From Prorocentrum cordatum (Eukaryota), in NCBI GenBank assembly GCA_963575745.1, contig CAUYUJ010000059.1, positions 434,001-498,000 on the forward strand: a stretch of 64,000 nt of DNA, read 5' to 3'. The notes beneath the pieces were generated by a model that made no database searches, was not told the origin of the DNA, and saw only the letters and a list, made by a program, of their open reading frames with translations. A program made the translations under genes and the position numbers. Each line of letters begins with the position of its first letter. Position 1 is the first letter of the stretch. Below, piece by piece: positions 1-11,700 of this stretch.

Positions 1-1089
1 AAGGAACAGTAAGCAGCATAAAACAATATTGTAACTGTGGAAACTGGAAACGGGAACTGGCGCAGGGAACAGCAAACCCTCGTCCTACAGCCTGGTTACC
101 CCACAAGGGTGCCGACGGACATCTATGTGTAAATATAACGGTTCAATGATGTTGGCCTTTTTGGCCGACCCCGAGGGCTTCCACGACTATCTGGTTCTGA
201 CATGCTTGGGTTTCTCGTGCTGCTTTTGGGACATGTTGGGCAACATTGAGGCTATACCAGGACCTCTGGGGTCAATTTTGAGGGGCACCTTGTGACTCTG
301 TTGGACCACACTGCGCAAGATTGGCGACATTTTTGCGGCCACCGTGGGATAGTCTTGGGCAATATCTAGAACTCTGGGAGGCGTCTTGAAGCGACCATGC
401 AACATCTGAGGAGCAGAACATAGGACAGGGAAAGAAATTCAATGTAGCAAGATGTGTGTATGTGCTTTGCTTTCTCTCTCGGGGGCGTGTTGGGGCCCTA
501 CTGGGCCGTCTCAGAAGCATCTCGAGGCCATCTTCGGCCGGGCCTCTTCGGTGCCTCTTGGAGCCGTTCCGGAGGCCTCTCAGGCCCTCTTGGCTCTCTG
601 GCTGCGTCTTTGTAGGAAACCCAGAGCAGCCTAGAGCGGCCAGCAGGCTGAGGGGCCCCCTCCACACACACACACACACACACAGTGCTTTCTTTGCCCG
701 CGCGGGCCCCCTAGTCGACAGCAGAATGGAGGCAGGGCTGGCGAGGCAAGAGACAAAACCAGAAGACAGCACGAGGGACACGAGACAGCAGTCCAGCAGC
801 AAGTTTCACAGCCTTTGCTAGACGTTCCAGCCCTGAGGGCTACCGTCGTCTTTGCAAAACGGTTGGCAGAAGATAAGTCGGCTTCGATGCTCGCGGTTGG
901 CTCGGGGGCCTCTGGCGTCCGTGTCTCTAGCACATCGCTGGCATCTTGAAGCTCCGTGGGGACACCGTGGTGGCTGGCCCGAGAGGATCGCACACCCTTG
1001 CTCCTGATCTCGAGGGCTCCCTTTTCTGAAGACGACTGCCGCAGAGAGTGGAACCTTGATGGACAAACTCTTAAGCACCCCCAAGTTGA

Positions 1090-1286
1090 TCGGGCCGGAC
1101 GAAAGGGAGGAATTGGGAAAGGGGGGGGTACGAAATTTGCTGCATGCAGCTGGTTTCGGCCCCACGGAGGGGCCCATTCTTCGATACATAGCCGCCTCCG
1201 GCGCCGGGAGGCGCCGGGAAAATCAGCTACGTGAGCTGATTCTCAACCCCCCCCCTTTTGCTATCCCCCCCCTTCGCCCGACCCGA
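1090..1286. mobile_element. MITE family 1, copy 1
   Basis: Imperfect TIR TCGGGCCGGACGAAAGGG / CCCCTTCGCCCGACCCGA; 5-bp TSD GTTGA at 1085-1089 and 1287-1291; second copy at 34532. Confidence 0.8.
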
Positions 1287-1917
1287 GTTGAGGTCCTGGG
1301 TGAACGACCCCTGCTGTGGCGCGCCAGCTCCTCCCGGCGCCGCAGATCGTGGCGCTGCGCCTTTTTCCCCTCTTGGGCGAGCCGCGGAGACAGGGCTCGC
1401 AGCACCACGGCACTGCTCCCGCGGTGCCTTCGCGAGCCGGGCAGGGCCAGATGTGGCAGGACTAGACAGCACGTGCCTCCAAAGTTGTAGTCGTGGGGCC
1501 ACGTTGGCTTCAGGTGGCCTCCAGCAGGGCCCGTCGGGGCTCCAAGGAGGCCTCGAGGTAGATTTCGGGCGGCCCTCGAGCCTCCCAGGGATGGCTCGGA
1601 GGCGCCGGAATCAATGGAAGCAACAATCGGCTGTCGACTGCGATTGTCGCTTCCTCTTTAAATCTGCCTCCGAGAGGCTTCTGAGGCCCCAAGTCGCCCA
1701 ACAGTGGTCCAGCAGAGCCCCCAGGCGGCCTCAAAGAGCACCCTGGGAGAGCCTCTCGTGGGCCCCAACAGTCCCCTCCAAGCTTCAGATCACAGGTCAA
1801 GCCCGAAGGGGAGGTCCATCCGTGCCCCAAGCTGGCCGTAGGACAGCCCCAAAGGCTCTGGGAGCCCCAAAGGGCCAAGAGGTCCCAAACAGGGCCCAAC
1901 AGCGCCAAAAAGGTGAT

Positions 1918-1952
1918 CCTTTTCTTGTTCATTGTTTGGCCGATCGGCGCGG

Positions 1953-1991
<39 letters not shown>

Positions 1992-2149
1992 CCATGGAGT
2001 AGATACTGACTGTTTTTGGCGCCTGCTTCAAGCAGGTGGAGTCTCCCCCATAGGACGCACTGCTTCAAATAGTAGGCATTCAGCAGAGGTCCAGAGCCAG
2101 CTCCCCCCCCCCCCTTCCGCCCACTACCGAAACGCCGAGCAAGAGAACG
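1918..2149. repeat. Dispersed MITE-like repeat family 2, copy 1
   Basis: Homologous to 6721-6942 (TTCAAGCAGGTGG, TCTCCCCCATAGGAC, AGCAGAGGTCCAGAGCCAG); imperfect terminal inverted repeats. Confidence 0.65.
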
Positions 2150-2461
2150 CCCAAAAGAGCTCTAAAAGAGTTCCACAGCACCCCGCAGCGTGAAGTCCGA
2201 GGTCCTGTCCAGCAGCGAGTGCCATCCGGCGCTCGCCCTCTCCTCTCCGCGGTTACCTGCGGGGCGGCCGCCGCGCCAGACTGCCGGACACCTCCACTTG
2301 TTTCCACAGCCGCGAGTGGAGGTGTGTTGGCGGCGGGGGGCAGTCAAGAGGGGGAAGCCCCGCCCAGGAGGCCCGGGGACGGGAGGTCACCAGGACCTCG
2401 AAGCCACCTCGGCCCAGAAGGTCTGTGGGACATGCCCCCCCCCCCCATCCGGCAGGGCTCA

Positions 2462-2668
2462 TTCCGATTCCTCCGATCCGATCCGATTCGATTTCGATGG
2501 CCTCCGATTCCGATTCGATTCGGCTTCGGATTCCGACTTGGGCTCCGATTTCTCAGCGGAGGCCTACTGGCCTGCCGATTTCCACCGGTCCCATTTTCTC
2601 GACTCGGCTGCCGACTTCAGCCGATCCGATGCGTTTCGATTGCAGATCCGACCTATCGATTCGATTCT
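2462..2668. repeat. Degenerate pentamer repeat (CCGAT/TCGAT)n
   Basis: CCGATCCGATCCGATTCGATTTCGAT etc. Confidence 0.7.
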
Positions 2669-2670
2669 GA

Positions 2671-2833
2671 TCAGGAGGGAAAAAACACACAGACATATTT
2701 ACTCGTCGACTCCCAGGAAAATATGGGAAAATATGGGAAGTGGGGGGGGAAGACAAAAACCCAGAAAGTATGGGGAAATATGGGGAATCATGTTATTTGT
2801 GTCTACTTATTTGTGTGTCCAAGGGCCCCTTCA
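2671..2833. mobile_element. MITE family 3, copy 1
   Basis: TCAGGAGGG...GAAAATATGGGAAAATATGGGAA...GGGCCCCTTCA; flanks TCTGA/TATGA; three copies in the window. Confidence 0.75.
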
Positions 2834-3512
2834 TATGAGCTCGCCTGCCCCATCCACACTGGCCACGTTTGCACGATGCCAGCCGTCGGGGCGCGAGTCC
2901 TTCGGTGATGACCCCGCCTGGCACGTCCTCAGCGTTCCATGCCGCAGGGAGTACCACCTGACACCTTCGGCATACAGTCGGCCGGATTAGTAGGTCGACC
3001 CTGCCAAATCAAGGGTGCCTTTGTGTCCTGTGTCTCGCGACCCGTGCCTCCTGCATTCCTATGGCAATGTGGCCGTCGGAAGGGTTTTGTGTCCTCTCGC
3101 GAGTCCTCTCCAATCAAGGCCGACTGTACGACACAGGATTCCAACCCACCCCTGTGAAGTCTTCGTTTCTTGTTGTGGGGCGCGCTTTTTGGTAAGCCCG
3201 ATTCGGTGATCAGCTGCTCTCGTTGTTGGTGGGGCAGTTCGAATGGCGGAGCCCATGTCGCGCACCCTTTCGCCAACATGGAATTTGAAAAGAGCGGCGC
3301 CCCCTGCCGCCAGAACATATGTTCAGTTACGCGGGTGTAGGCCATTTGCTTTGAGTTGGAGGACAATTGCGTGGCTAAAGATCTGTTGGTAGAAAAATGC
3401 GCGACTCCAGTTCTGTCGTGGCAAGACTGTTTCGTCGTTGTCTCTTTGATAAGGGGGGCCTTGGCAATGGACATTTTCGTGAGCCACGTTTGCACTTCCT
3501 GTCAGCCACAAG

Positions 3513-5564
3513 GAGTACAATACCAAATCGGAAGCGATGGAAGAGCTGCTGAGGCTCACGGGTCTGCGGAAGGTAAAGCTTGCTGCTGTGCGACTCTTCA
3601 AAAATGGGCTTGCTTTCGCTCGCATGGACCCCGAAGTACGCAAGTTGAACGTGCCAACACTAAACTATTGTTTCCTAGGCAATCCTGGCACAGGAAAGAC
3701 CACAGTAGCTCGGCTTTTCGCTAAGATTCTCTACGACTCTGGGTTGCGGCAGAAGCGGACCTTCGAAGAGTGCACCGCACAGAAGTTGAAAGAAGAGGGC
3801 GCCGACGAGTTCCGCAAGAGGGTCAATGATGCGAGAGACGGCGTACTGTTCATCGATGAGGCCTACGATTTGGATCCTGTGGGAGACAAGTTCAAGGGCG
3901 CACCCGTAGTGAACGAGATAGTGACCACCGCGGAGAACGACCGGGAGCATTTGACAATCATTCTCGCGGGCTACGAGGACGACATGAACGATAAGTTTTT
4001 TGCGTATAATCCTGGCTTGAAGAGTCGGTTCAAGGAGGTCGTGTTCGAGGATTTTGACGAGTCGGAGCTTCTGGAGGTCTGGAAGAATATGGTGGAGAAG
4101 CGGAAGTTGATCGAGGCCGATCCCCGATTGGGGAAAGTCGCGGTGCGGCGCTTGGCGAAGATGGCTGGCAAGAAGGGTTTCGGCAACGCGCGTGCGGTAC
4201 GGCAGAAGCTCGACGACGCATTCCAGCGGTTGACGGCGCGCGATGATTTCGACCCGACGGCTTTGGTGCTGGAGACGGAGGACGTGGTCGGCGAGAATCC
4301 CGCGAACAGCCAGAAGTTGCAAAAGATTCTAGATGAGATCTCTCAGAAGATTGGGTGGGCGAAGGTAAAGAAGTCTGTCAAAGAGTTGGTTGAGGTAGCG
4401 AGCGCGAACTACGAGCGCGAGATCGATGGCAAGCCTCCGCTGGACGTGTTCATGAACAGGCTATTCCTTGGCAATCCAGGCACAGGCAAGACCACGTGTG
4501 CTAAATTGTACGGGCAAGTTCTGAAACATTTAGGCTTGCTCTCGAACGGCGACGTGATCGAAAAAACTGCCAGCGACCTGGGTGGATCCGCCGTAGGGCA
4601 GGCGCAGCAAAAGACAGCCGCATTGTTAGATGCGGCGGTGGGTAAGGTGCTTCTGATCGACGAAGCGTACGCGTTGGATAAGAGCCAGTACGGAGCGCAG
4701 GCGCTGGACACGATCGTGGAGAAGGTGCAGAACGGCAGCGATATCGCCGTACTGCTTCTTGGCTACACTGAAGAGATGTTAGCAATGATCCGCAACCAAA
4801 ATCCTGGCCTGCAGCGCCGGTTCGACCCACAACAGGCATTCTGTTTCGAGGACTACACGGAACACGAGTTACTCCAAATTTTGATGTACAATTGCAAGAG
4901 CAAGCAGTTGAAGCCGAGCTTGGCGTTCCAAGAGAAGGCTCTCAAGAAGTTGGAGGAGCAGCGCCGTTGCGAGCCCAACTTTGGCAACGCTGGGGCGGTG
5001 GACAACCTTGTGAAGGCCGCTGTGCAGAAGGCGATGGCCCGGGGCGCGGCGAAGGGCCTCGGAGACGAGGAGATGCGCCTGGAGGACACCGACGTGGACC
5101 TGGGGCCGGAGGGCGAGGGAGGCGACCCGTTCGCCCCGCTGGACGGGCTCTACCGCATGGAGAGCGTGAGGGAGAAGCTGCAGCAGCTGTGCAGCGCCAC
5201 CAAGCTCGCCGAGGACGAGGGTGAGGATCGGCCGCCGCTGGGACACTTCGTCTTCATGGGTGCGCCCGGCACCGGCAAGACGACTGTCGCGCGGGTGACA
5301 GCCAAGATTTTGTACCGGCTGAGCCTCATCGCGCAAGACAAGGTCGTCGAGGTTGATGGCTTGCGCTTGACGGGCGAGTACGTCGGGCAGACGAAGAAGA
5401 AGGTCGAGGAGAAGCTCGACGAAGCCAAGGGTGGCGTGCTCTTCATCGATGAGGCCTATGAGCTGGGCAAGGGCACGTATGGCAGCGAGGCGTGCACTGC
5501 CATCGTAGGAGCCATGACGAGCCCGAAGTACGACGGCTTGGTGATCATCCTGGCTGGCTACCAG
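3513..5564 (+). CDS. Exon A of a multi-module CbbX/SpoVK-type AAA+ ATPase (modules 1, 2 and first half of 3); 5' end of gene not identified
   Basis: Walker A GNPGTGKT (3678, 4470) and GAPGTGKT (5259); Walker B VLFIDEAY/VLLIDEAY; NPGLKSRF and FGNAR motifs. Acceptor CAAG|GAG at 3512/3513 (alternative CAG at 3505); frame is closed upstream by TGA at 3480. Donor TACCAG|GC at 5564/5565, after which homology to the other modules stops. Confidence 0.9.
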
Positions 5565-5740
5565 GCATACTTTTGGGGAACATGGGGCGGGCACCCTCGC
5601 TCCGCCTTCCTCAAAACCTCTCCCTCTCGCGGGCTGGAAGGCATGCCTGTTCCTGATGCGTCTGGACTCCGGCGTGTGAGACATCCTGCAGAGGTGCGAG
5701 GGGCCAAGCCTCAAGAGAAAATGTTTTTAAGGATGCAATG

Positions 5741-5970
5741 GGGTGGTTGGTTGGTTGGTTGGTTGGGGTCGGTTGGGGCTGGTTGGCTGGTTGGTTGGTT
5801 GGCTGGCTTGCTAGTTGGCTAGCTGGTTGGCTAGGGGGTTGGCTGGCTGTCTGAATGGTTCGCTGGCTTGTTGGCTGGTTGGTTGGTTAGCTTGTTGGCT
5901 ATCTGGCTGGTTGGTCGGGTCGCCAGTTGGTTGGCTGGCTCGTGGGCTGGCTAATTGATTGGTTGGTCGG
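5741..5970. repeat. (TTGG/CTGG)n tetranucleotide microsatellite
   Basis: Direct inspection. Confidence 0.9.
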
Positions 5971-6720
5971 CTCGCAGCCGAAGTGATCAAGATCATGGCC
6001 CCCCCAGGGCCCGAAACCCGTGCATCAGGCAGGATGGGGGGGGAACAAGTCTCCCTGATAATTAACCGTTGGTGGGACTCATTTGGCAGGCAGATGGAGA
6101 GATAAACAAATATCATGAAGAACCCTCGCGATTGCCCTTGTTGCAAGCAGAGGGAAATAAAGCAATCCCTCTTGCAGATCTTGTGAGACCCCTTGACAGA
6201 CAGAGGTGAAAATCTCGATACACTCGATTCCCATTGGACCCAATACCAAGGGGGAAATCGACGAATCTCCATCAGAACCTGGCGTGCGAAACCCTGTAGC
6301 AGACGGGGGGGGCAACAGACACCCAGCGTGAGCCCTTGCAGCAAGCAGGGAGGGAATGTAGACAACTCCTCAAGAACCTGTGATAAACCCTGTGACAGGC
6401 ATGGTGAATCAGCCTTGGAACCCTTGCGCGCACCCCGGGTGGCAGGCATGGGGAAACCCAAACACCTCCCTTAGAACCCTTGTGAAAACCATGTGACAAC
6501 ACATAAACATAGAGGGTGCACAAAAAAACTCGCGTAGAACCCGTGTGATAACCCTTGGCAGGCAGCGCGGAGTAAACAAATGTCAATGTGAACATGTACG
6601 TGAACCCTGTGGGAAGCAAGATTAGGGGTACATAAATGTCGCTGAGATACCCTGCGGCAGGCAGGGGTGAATGAACAAATTTCCCCTGGACCCCTGGGCG
6701 AACCCCTCTGACATAGCGAT

Positions 6721-6942
6721 CGTTCTCCTAGTCATTGTTTTGCCGATCGGCGCGGGCCCTCGCATTCCGCTCCCCCCCCTCGTGGAGTAGATGGTGGCTG
6801 TTTGGGGCGCCTGTTTCAAGCAGGTGGCGTCTCCCCCATAGGACACTGTTGCAAGCAGTCGCATTAAGCAGAGGTCCAGAGCCAGACCCCCCCCCCTGCC
6901 TCCCCTCTTCCGCCCACTGTCGAAGCGCCGAATAAGAAAACG
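6721..6942. repeat. Dispersed MITE-like repeat family 2, copy 2
   Basis: See 1918-2149; ends CGTTCTCCTAGTC / GAATAAGAAAACG. Confidence 0.65.
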
Positions 6943-7920
6943 GTTACATGGAAGGGGAAATGAACAGATCTTTGTTCGAAACCTTTTCAGAGCCCTCTGT
7001 GGCATGCATGGGGAAGCAGACAAATCTCCCTCGTAATCAGTGTGAAGTCCCCAGTGCCAAGCAGGGAGGGAATGTGCAGATCCCGCGCGGAGCCCGTGCG
7101 AGGACCCCCGTGGCAGGCAAGCGGGATAAACAAATGTCCTTTGGACTTGGCATCGCTCGGACGTGTGCATTTTTCCTTCGGCGAGGGCCATCGAGGAGCA
7201 TCCTTGATCATTTGGTGAAAAAACCACGCACGAAACCGCTAAAAACACAGGGAATAGACGTCCGAGCGATGGCGAGTGGAGCTCCTGCGCGAATCCATGT
7301 GGCAGGCAGGGGAACATGGGAGAACACTCCTTGAACTCCCTGCCATATCCCCTGTGGCGGGAGGATTGCGAAGGCCTGACGGCCGGTGCCGCCGACCTTG
7401 TTCGCTAGGACGAGGAGGAGGAGGAGAAGGAGGAGGAGGAGGAGCAGGAGGAGGGGGAGGAGGAGGAGGAGGAGGAGAAGGAGGAAGAGCAGGAGGAGGA
7501 GGAGGTGTAGGAGGAGGACGAGGAGGAGGATCTCTGCACTCCGTCCCCTCTTCCTCCTCCCTCCCACAGCCAGCAGAGGAGACGGCCAGGCGAGGCCTGG
7601 GCTCTGCCTTCTCAGTAGCAGGAACTGCTTGTGATTGTGGGTGGGTTGTGGAGGAGTGGGGGAGGCCAGCTTTGAGCGAGGAGTCGCCCAGGGAGGCGGC
7701 CATCGATTGGACGGGTGCCAAGACGGCGCTCCGAGCGCCAGGGCACAGCAGGCTCGCCCAGGTCGGGGATTTCGGACGCACTCATCTTCCTGCTCGCCTC
7801 TTTCCTCCCCCCTCTCGGCCTTCCTTCTTCTCCTGGGTGCGTCCCTAGTCCCCTTCCATATGTTTTGCTCATTCTTGTGCACTGCACGAGCTTCGGACCT
7901 ATGTGTGGATCTGTGCATCT

Positions 7921-8718
7921 GAGGAGGAGGGAGGGGAAACACGAGGAGGAGGAGGAGGAGGAGGAGGGGGAGGAGGAGGAGCAGAGGAGGAGGAGGAGGA
8001 GGAGGAGGAGGAGGAGGAGGAGGAGAGGAGGAGGGAGGAGGAGGAGGTGGAGGAGGGAGAGGAGGAGGAGGAGGAGGAGGAAGAGGAGGAGGAAGGAGGA
8101 GGGGGAGGAGGAGGAGGCGGAGGAGGAGAGGAGGAGGAGGAGGAGGAGGAGGAGGAGGAGGAGGAGGAGAGGGGAGGAGGAGGAGGAGGAAGAGAAGGAG
8201 GAGGAGGGAAGGAGGAGGAGGGAGGGAGAGGGAGAGAGAGGGAGGGAGGAGGGAGGAGAGAGGGAGAGGAGGAGGAGGAGGAGGAGAGGAGGAGGAGGAG
8301 GAGGAGGGAGGAGGAGGAGGAGGAGGGATGGGGAAGAGATGAGGAAAAGGGGAGAATGGTGGAATCTGGAGGAGGAGGAGGAGGAAAGGAGGAGGGGAGG
8401 AGGAGAGGAGGGGAGGAGGAGGAGGGACAGGAGGAGGAAGAGGAGGAGGAGGGAAGGAGGAGGAGGAAAAGGAGGAGGAGGAGGAGGGTGAGGAGGAGGA
8501 GGAGGAGGAGGCGCACCGGCTTGGGGAAAGAAATGAGGATGACGCCCAGGGGATAATGCTGGAATCTGGAGGAGGAGGAGGAGGAGAAGGAGGAGGAGGA
8601 GGAGGAGGCGCACTTGCATTGAGAAATAGAAGAGGAGGACGCCCAGGGGAGGGTGTTGGAATCTGGAGGAGAAGGAGGAGGAGGAGGTGAAGGAGGAGGA
8701 GGAGGAGGAGGAGGAGGA
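7921..8718. repeat. Large imperfect (GGA)n tract abutting the 3' end of LINE-A
   Basis: Direct inspection; other GGA/CCT tracts at about 7411, 9842, 23477, 24113, 25049, 27719, 27990, 34308, 34977, 35469, 42343, 42937, 48703, 50660, 51747, 63944. Confidence 0.95.
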
Positions 8719-11700
8719 GGAGTAGGAGTAGGAGTAGGAACCGATGGCGATGCCAATCCCGACCGATTCTACCCCCGACCTCGCTGGACCAATTCGACCT
8801 TGCTGAGGACCTTCGGGGGTAGCCCATCACTAATTCTCTTGAGATATTGACGTCCCGTGGGGGTGGGGATGCCCGAACAGGGCTTGGCTAGGTCAGCTGT
8901 GGCCCCACACCTCCCACAGAACCAACAGTTTAATACAACATGCACGTTGAGGTGGTGTGAAGTGTGCAGCCAGCCCCCCCGACATGTATCCGGCTCCAAC
9001 TGGAGGGGAGGAAGTGAGACCATTCACATTCACTAAAACAGGGCACGCTGTAGTATGCCATTCTTTCATGGTGGCCACGGTCGCAGAGCCACGGCATCTC
9101 GTGCACCTCTTTTTGCAGTCCGTCAAGTCATGCCTCGACATCAGGGCCGCGACTGACGCAGCAGCTGGAGGGGGTGGAGGGGGGAAGACAGCACACCACG
9201 TCTCCTTTGTCCGTCGCACTGCTTTTCCAGCTCCTTCTCTTTGGCTAGGCAGTCGACTGCCGCCCACAAGAGTCTGAGGCGCACCAAACGTGCGCGTCGC
9301 TCATGCAGCAGGAGACGATGCCTCTCAGCCTCGAGAGTCCTGGCCTGCGCAGCTGCCAGGCCTGCCAGCTCGTCAACAAATGCGTTGCCGATGATGAGTT
9401 GCTTGATGCCCTCTCCCCTGGCCATCTGGGTAGCCGAGAAATGAGAGTGTGCGAAAAGGAGAGTGACGTGCTCGGTGGGACGGGTGGCCATGATCTGTCC
9501 GATGGCCGCCCATATGTCCGCGTCAGAGCCTCTGGGGTGGCAGAACCTCTGCTCATGCCACCCCGTGACAACATCCTCAAAGTCGGTAGCGAAGGTGAGG
9601 TGGCGGGTGGTGGCCCAAAGCGCCACGTGTGGGCAGTTGAGCTCTCCCCTCGCTACCACCCGCCTCCGCCCACGCAGGGGCCCGAAGATAGACCCTGCGG
9701 GGCGGATGCTGGGAAGCAAACTCTCGAAACGCGTGCTTGCCACGCCCACTCGGCGAAGCTCAGGGCATCGGCTGCCTGGGCCCCCGGGGGGGCGGCGGTG
9801 CCTGGCCCCACACATGCCAGGCGCCGGCTCTCGCCCCCCAGTCCTCCTCCTCCTCCTCCTCCTCCTCCTCCTCCTCCTCCTCCTCCTCCCCCTCCTCCTC
9901 CTCCTCCTCCTCCTCAGGCCTCGGTGGTCGGAGGTGGGCCCACCTCCGTCCAGGGTGCAGGGAGGAGCCCTCGCAACCAGAGCGCCTCGGCAGTGTTGCA
10001 CTGGGTGACAGCCTGCGTGCACAGATCGGCCGAGTCGTCGTAGGGTGTGGCGCCCGTACTGCACACGCACTGCCAACATCTGTGGAGCTGGGGTCTCCAC
10101 GTCTGTGCCGCACCTGTCTCGCTTGTCCGAGCCCTGGTAGTTCTTGAGCTCCTGCAGTTTGCGTTGCTTATTCCACATGCCACCTGCAGCCACCATGACC
10201 ATGATCTCGCATAGTCCCTTGCCATTCGGTACCTGGGACATGTGCTTCAGCAGCTGGATGCACGATGTGTTGTCCACTTCCATCTCCAGGCCGCCTTCGC
10301 AGAAGCGCTTGGCGGCTTGAGCCCAGAGCTGGGATTCACATGCCGCACGCATACCTGCCAGGAGGTCGTCATGTCGGTTAATATATGGATTGCCCGTGTA
10401 GATGGTGTCTGGAAATTTCCACTCCTCACTGCTGCCCGGACTTGTCGTGTATGACCAAGTCGATGGATCCTGGGGTGCCATCCCAGGCGCAACAGTGAGT
10501 GTATGATGGCACCAGTGGGGCCCTTGATGAGCCGTACCTGTGCTGGTACAGGGATGGCCTGCATCTGCCGTAGGATGATCGGCCATGCTCGTCGTCCCCC
10601 TGTTCGTATCTCAGGTCGGTCGCGCCATGTCTTGAGCCACGTATCCACTGTCTGTGTAGGGTAGAGCACAGCGGGGTCGGCCCCTGGGGCCCGAAGGGCA
10701 AGCACTGTAGTGAGGCACCGCCCCTTCGCCGCCGAGGCGCACGCTTGCGCTGGGCGACGGCGGCGCCTCGTGAGTTGCTCGCCGATCAGCCCGTGGACCT
10801 GGTGCCCATAGAGGCCTGCTGGGAGGCCCCCTTGTCGTTGGAGCTTGAACATAGCTTCATACTGGCGCGTGGCCCTGGTGAACCTGCGCATTTTAGAACT
10901 CATGAGACGATGCTTCTTCTCACGTTGGACTCTTCTTGTGCGTACTCGCCTGCCGCATCCGATGTCGATGTCGAGGTATGTTGCATGTGCGACAGGGCGC
11001 ACCACGAAACCAGCTCGGCGGACGAGTCGGGCAACAGCACGAGCGTCACTCATCAGGCTATACACAACAACAGGCTTATCCCCAACTTTGAGCTTCCGTT
11101 TCTGCAACTCTTGGCACGTAATGATGATGCCATTGGCGAGCTCCAGGCGGACGGCCTTGTTCGATCCCTTGACCTTCTCCGACACATCGCCCACCCAGAG
11201 CCTCGCCCCCATCCTGGGGTGGGCGGTCGCAACCGTGATCATGACGTGATGCGTCATCATCTTGGCGAAACGGGCCCCCGAGCGGGGCCCCTGCACGACA
11301 CTGAGGAGCGGGTCAAAAGGCTCGGAAATTGCCGAGTCCTGCTCCAAGCATCTCGGGGCTGCGCACTGCAACAGCTCAAGATACAGTATGACTGGAGGAA
11401 CATGCAGCCGCACAGCGGCTGACACGAGGATGTCCCGCGGGATGCTGTCGTAGAACGTGGCAGTGTCGAGCACCCCGCGGCCGTGCCTCGTGCCCACGGT
11501 GAAGGTCAGCTCCTCGCCCAGCGCCCGCGGGAACGCGTCCTGCGGGCAGGAGTTGCCCGACGGGGCTGCGTCCCAGGGTCGGACGCTGCCGGCCGACAAA
11601 TGGCTGCGCACGGAGCTCCCGCGGGAGTGGCCCGAGACGGCCGAGCATCGACACGAAGCCGATGGCACGATCTCCCGCCGTCTTCTTTCGGGGGAGCGTA

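Noticed and set aside
88..122. Short hairpin ACCC-CACAA-GGGT as a Helitron-like 3' end
   Set aside because: The stem is only 4 bp, there is no second copy in the window, and the upstream context is cut off.
3537..5822. 761-aa ORF as a complete gene, or as cbbX Rubisco activase
   Set aside because: The last 85 or so codons are intron and TTGG microsatellite read-through; the multi-module spliced architecture is unlike single-domain CbbX, so no gene symbol is given.
7208..8830. Long poly-P/E/G/R/L ORFs (also 23192-24341, 34706-36056, 41551-43087)
   Set aside because: Stop-free translations of (GGA/CCT)n tracts.
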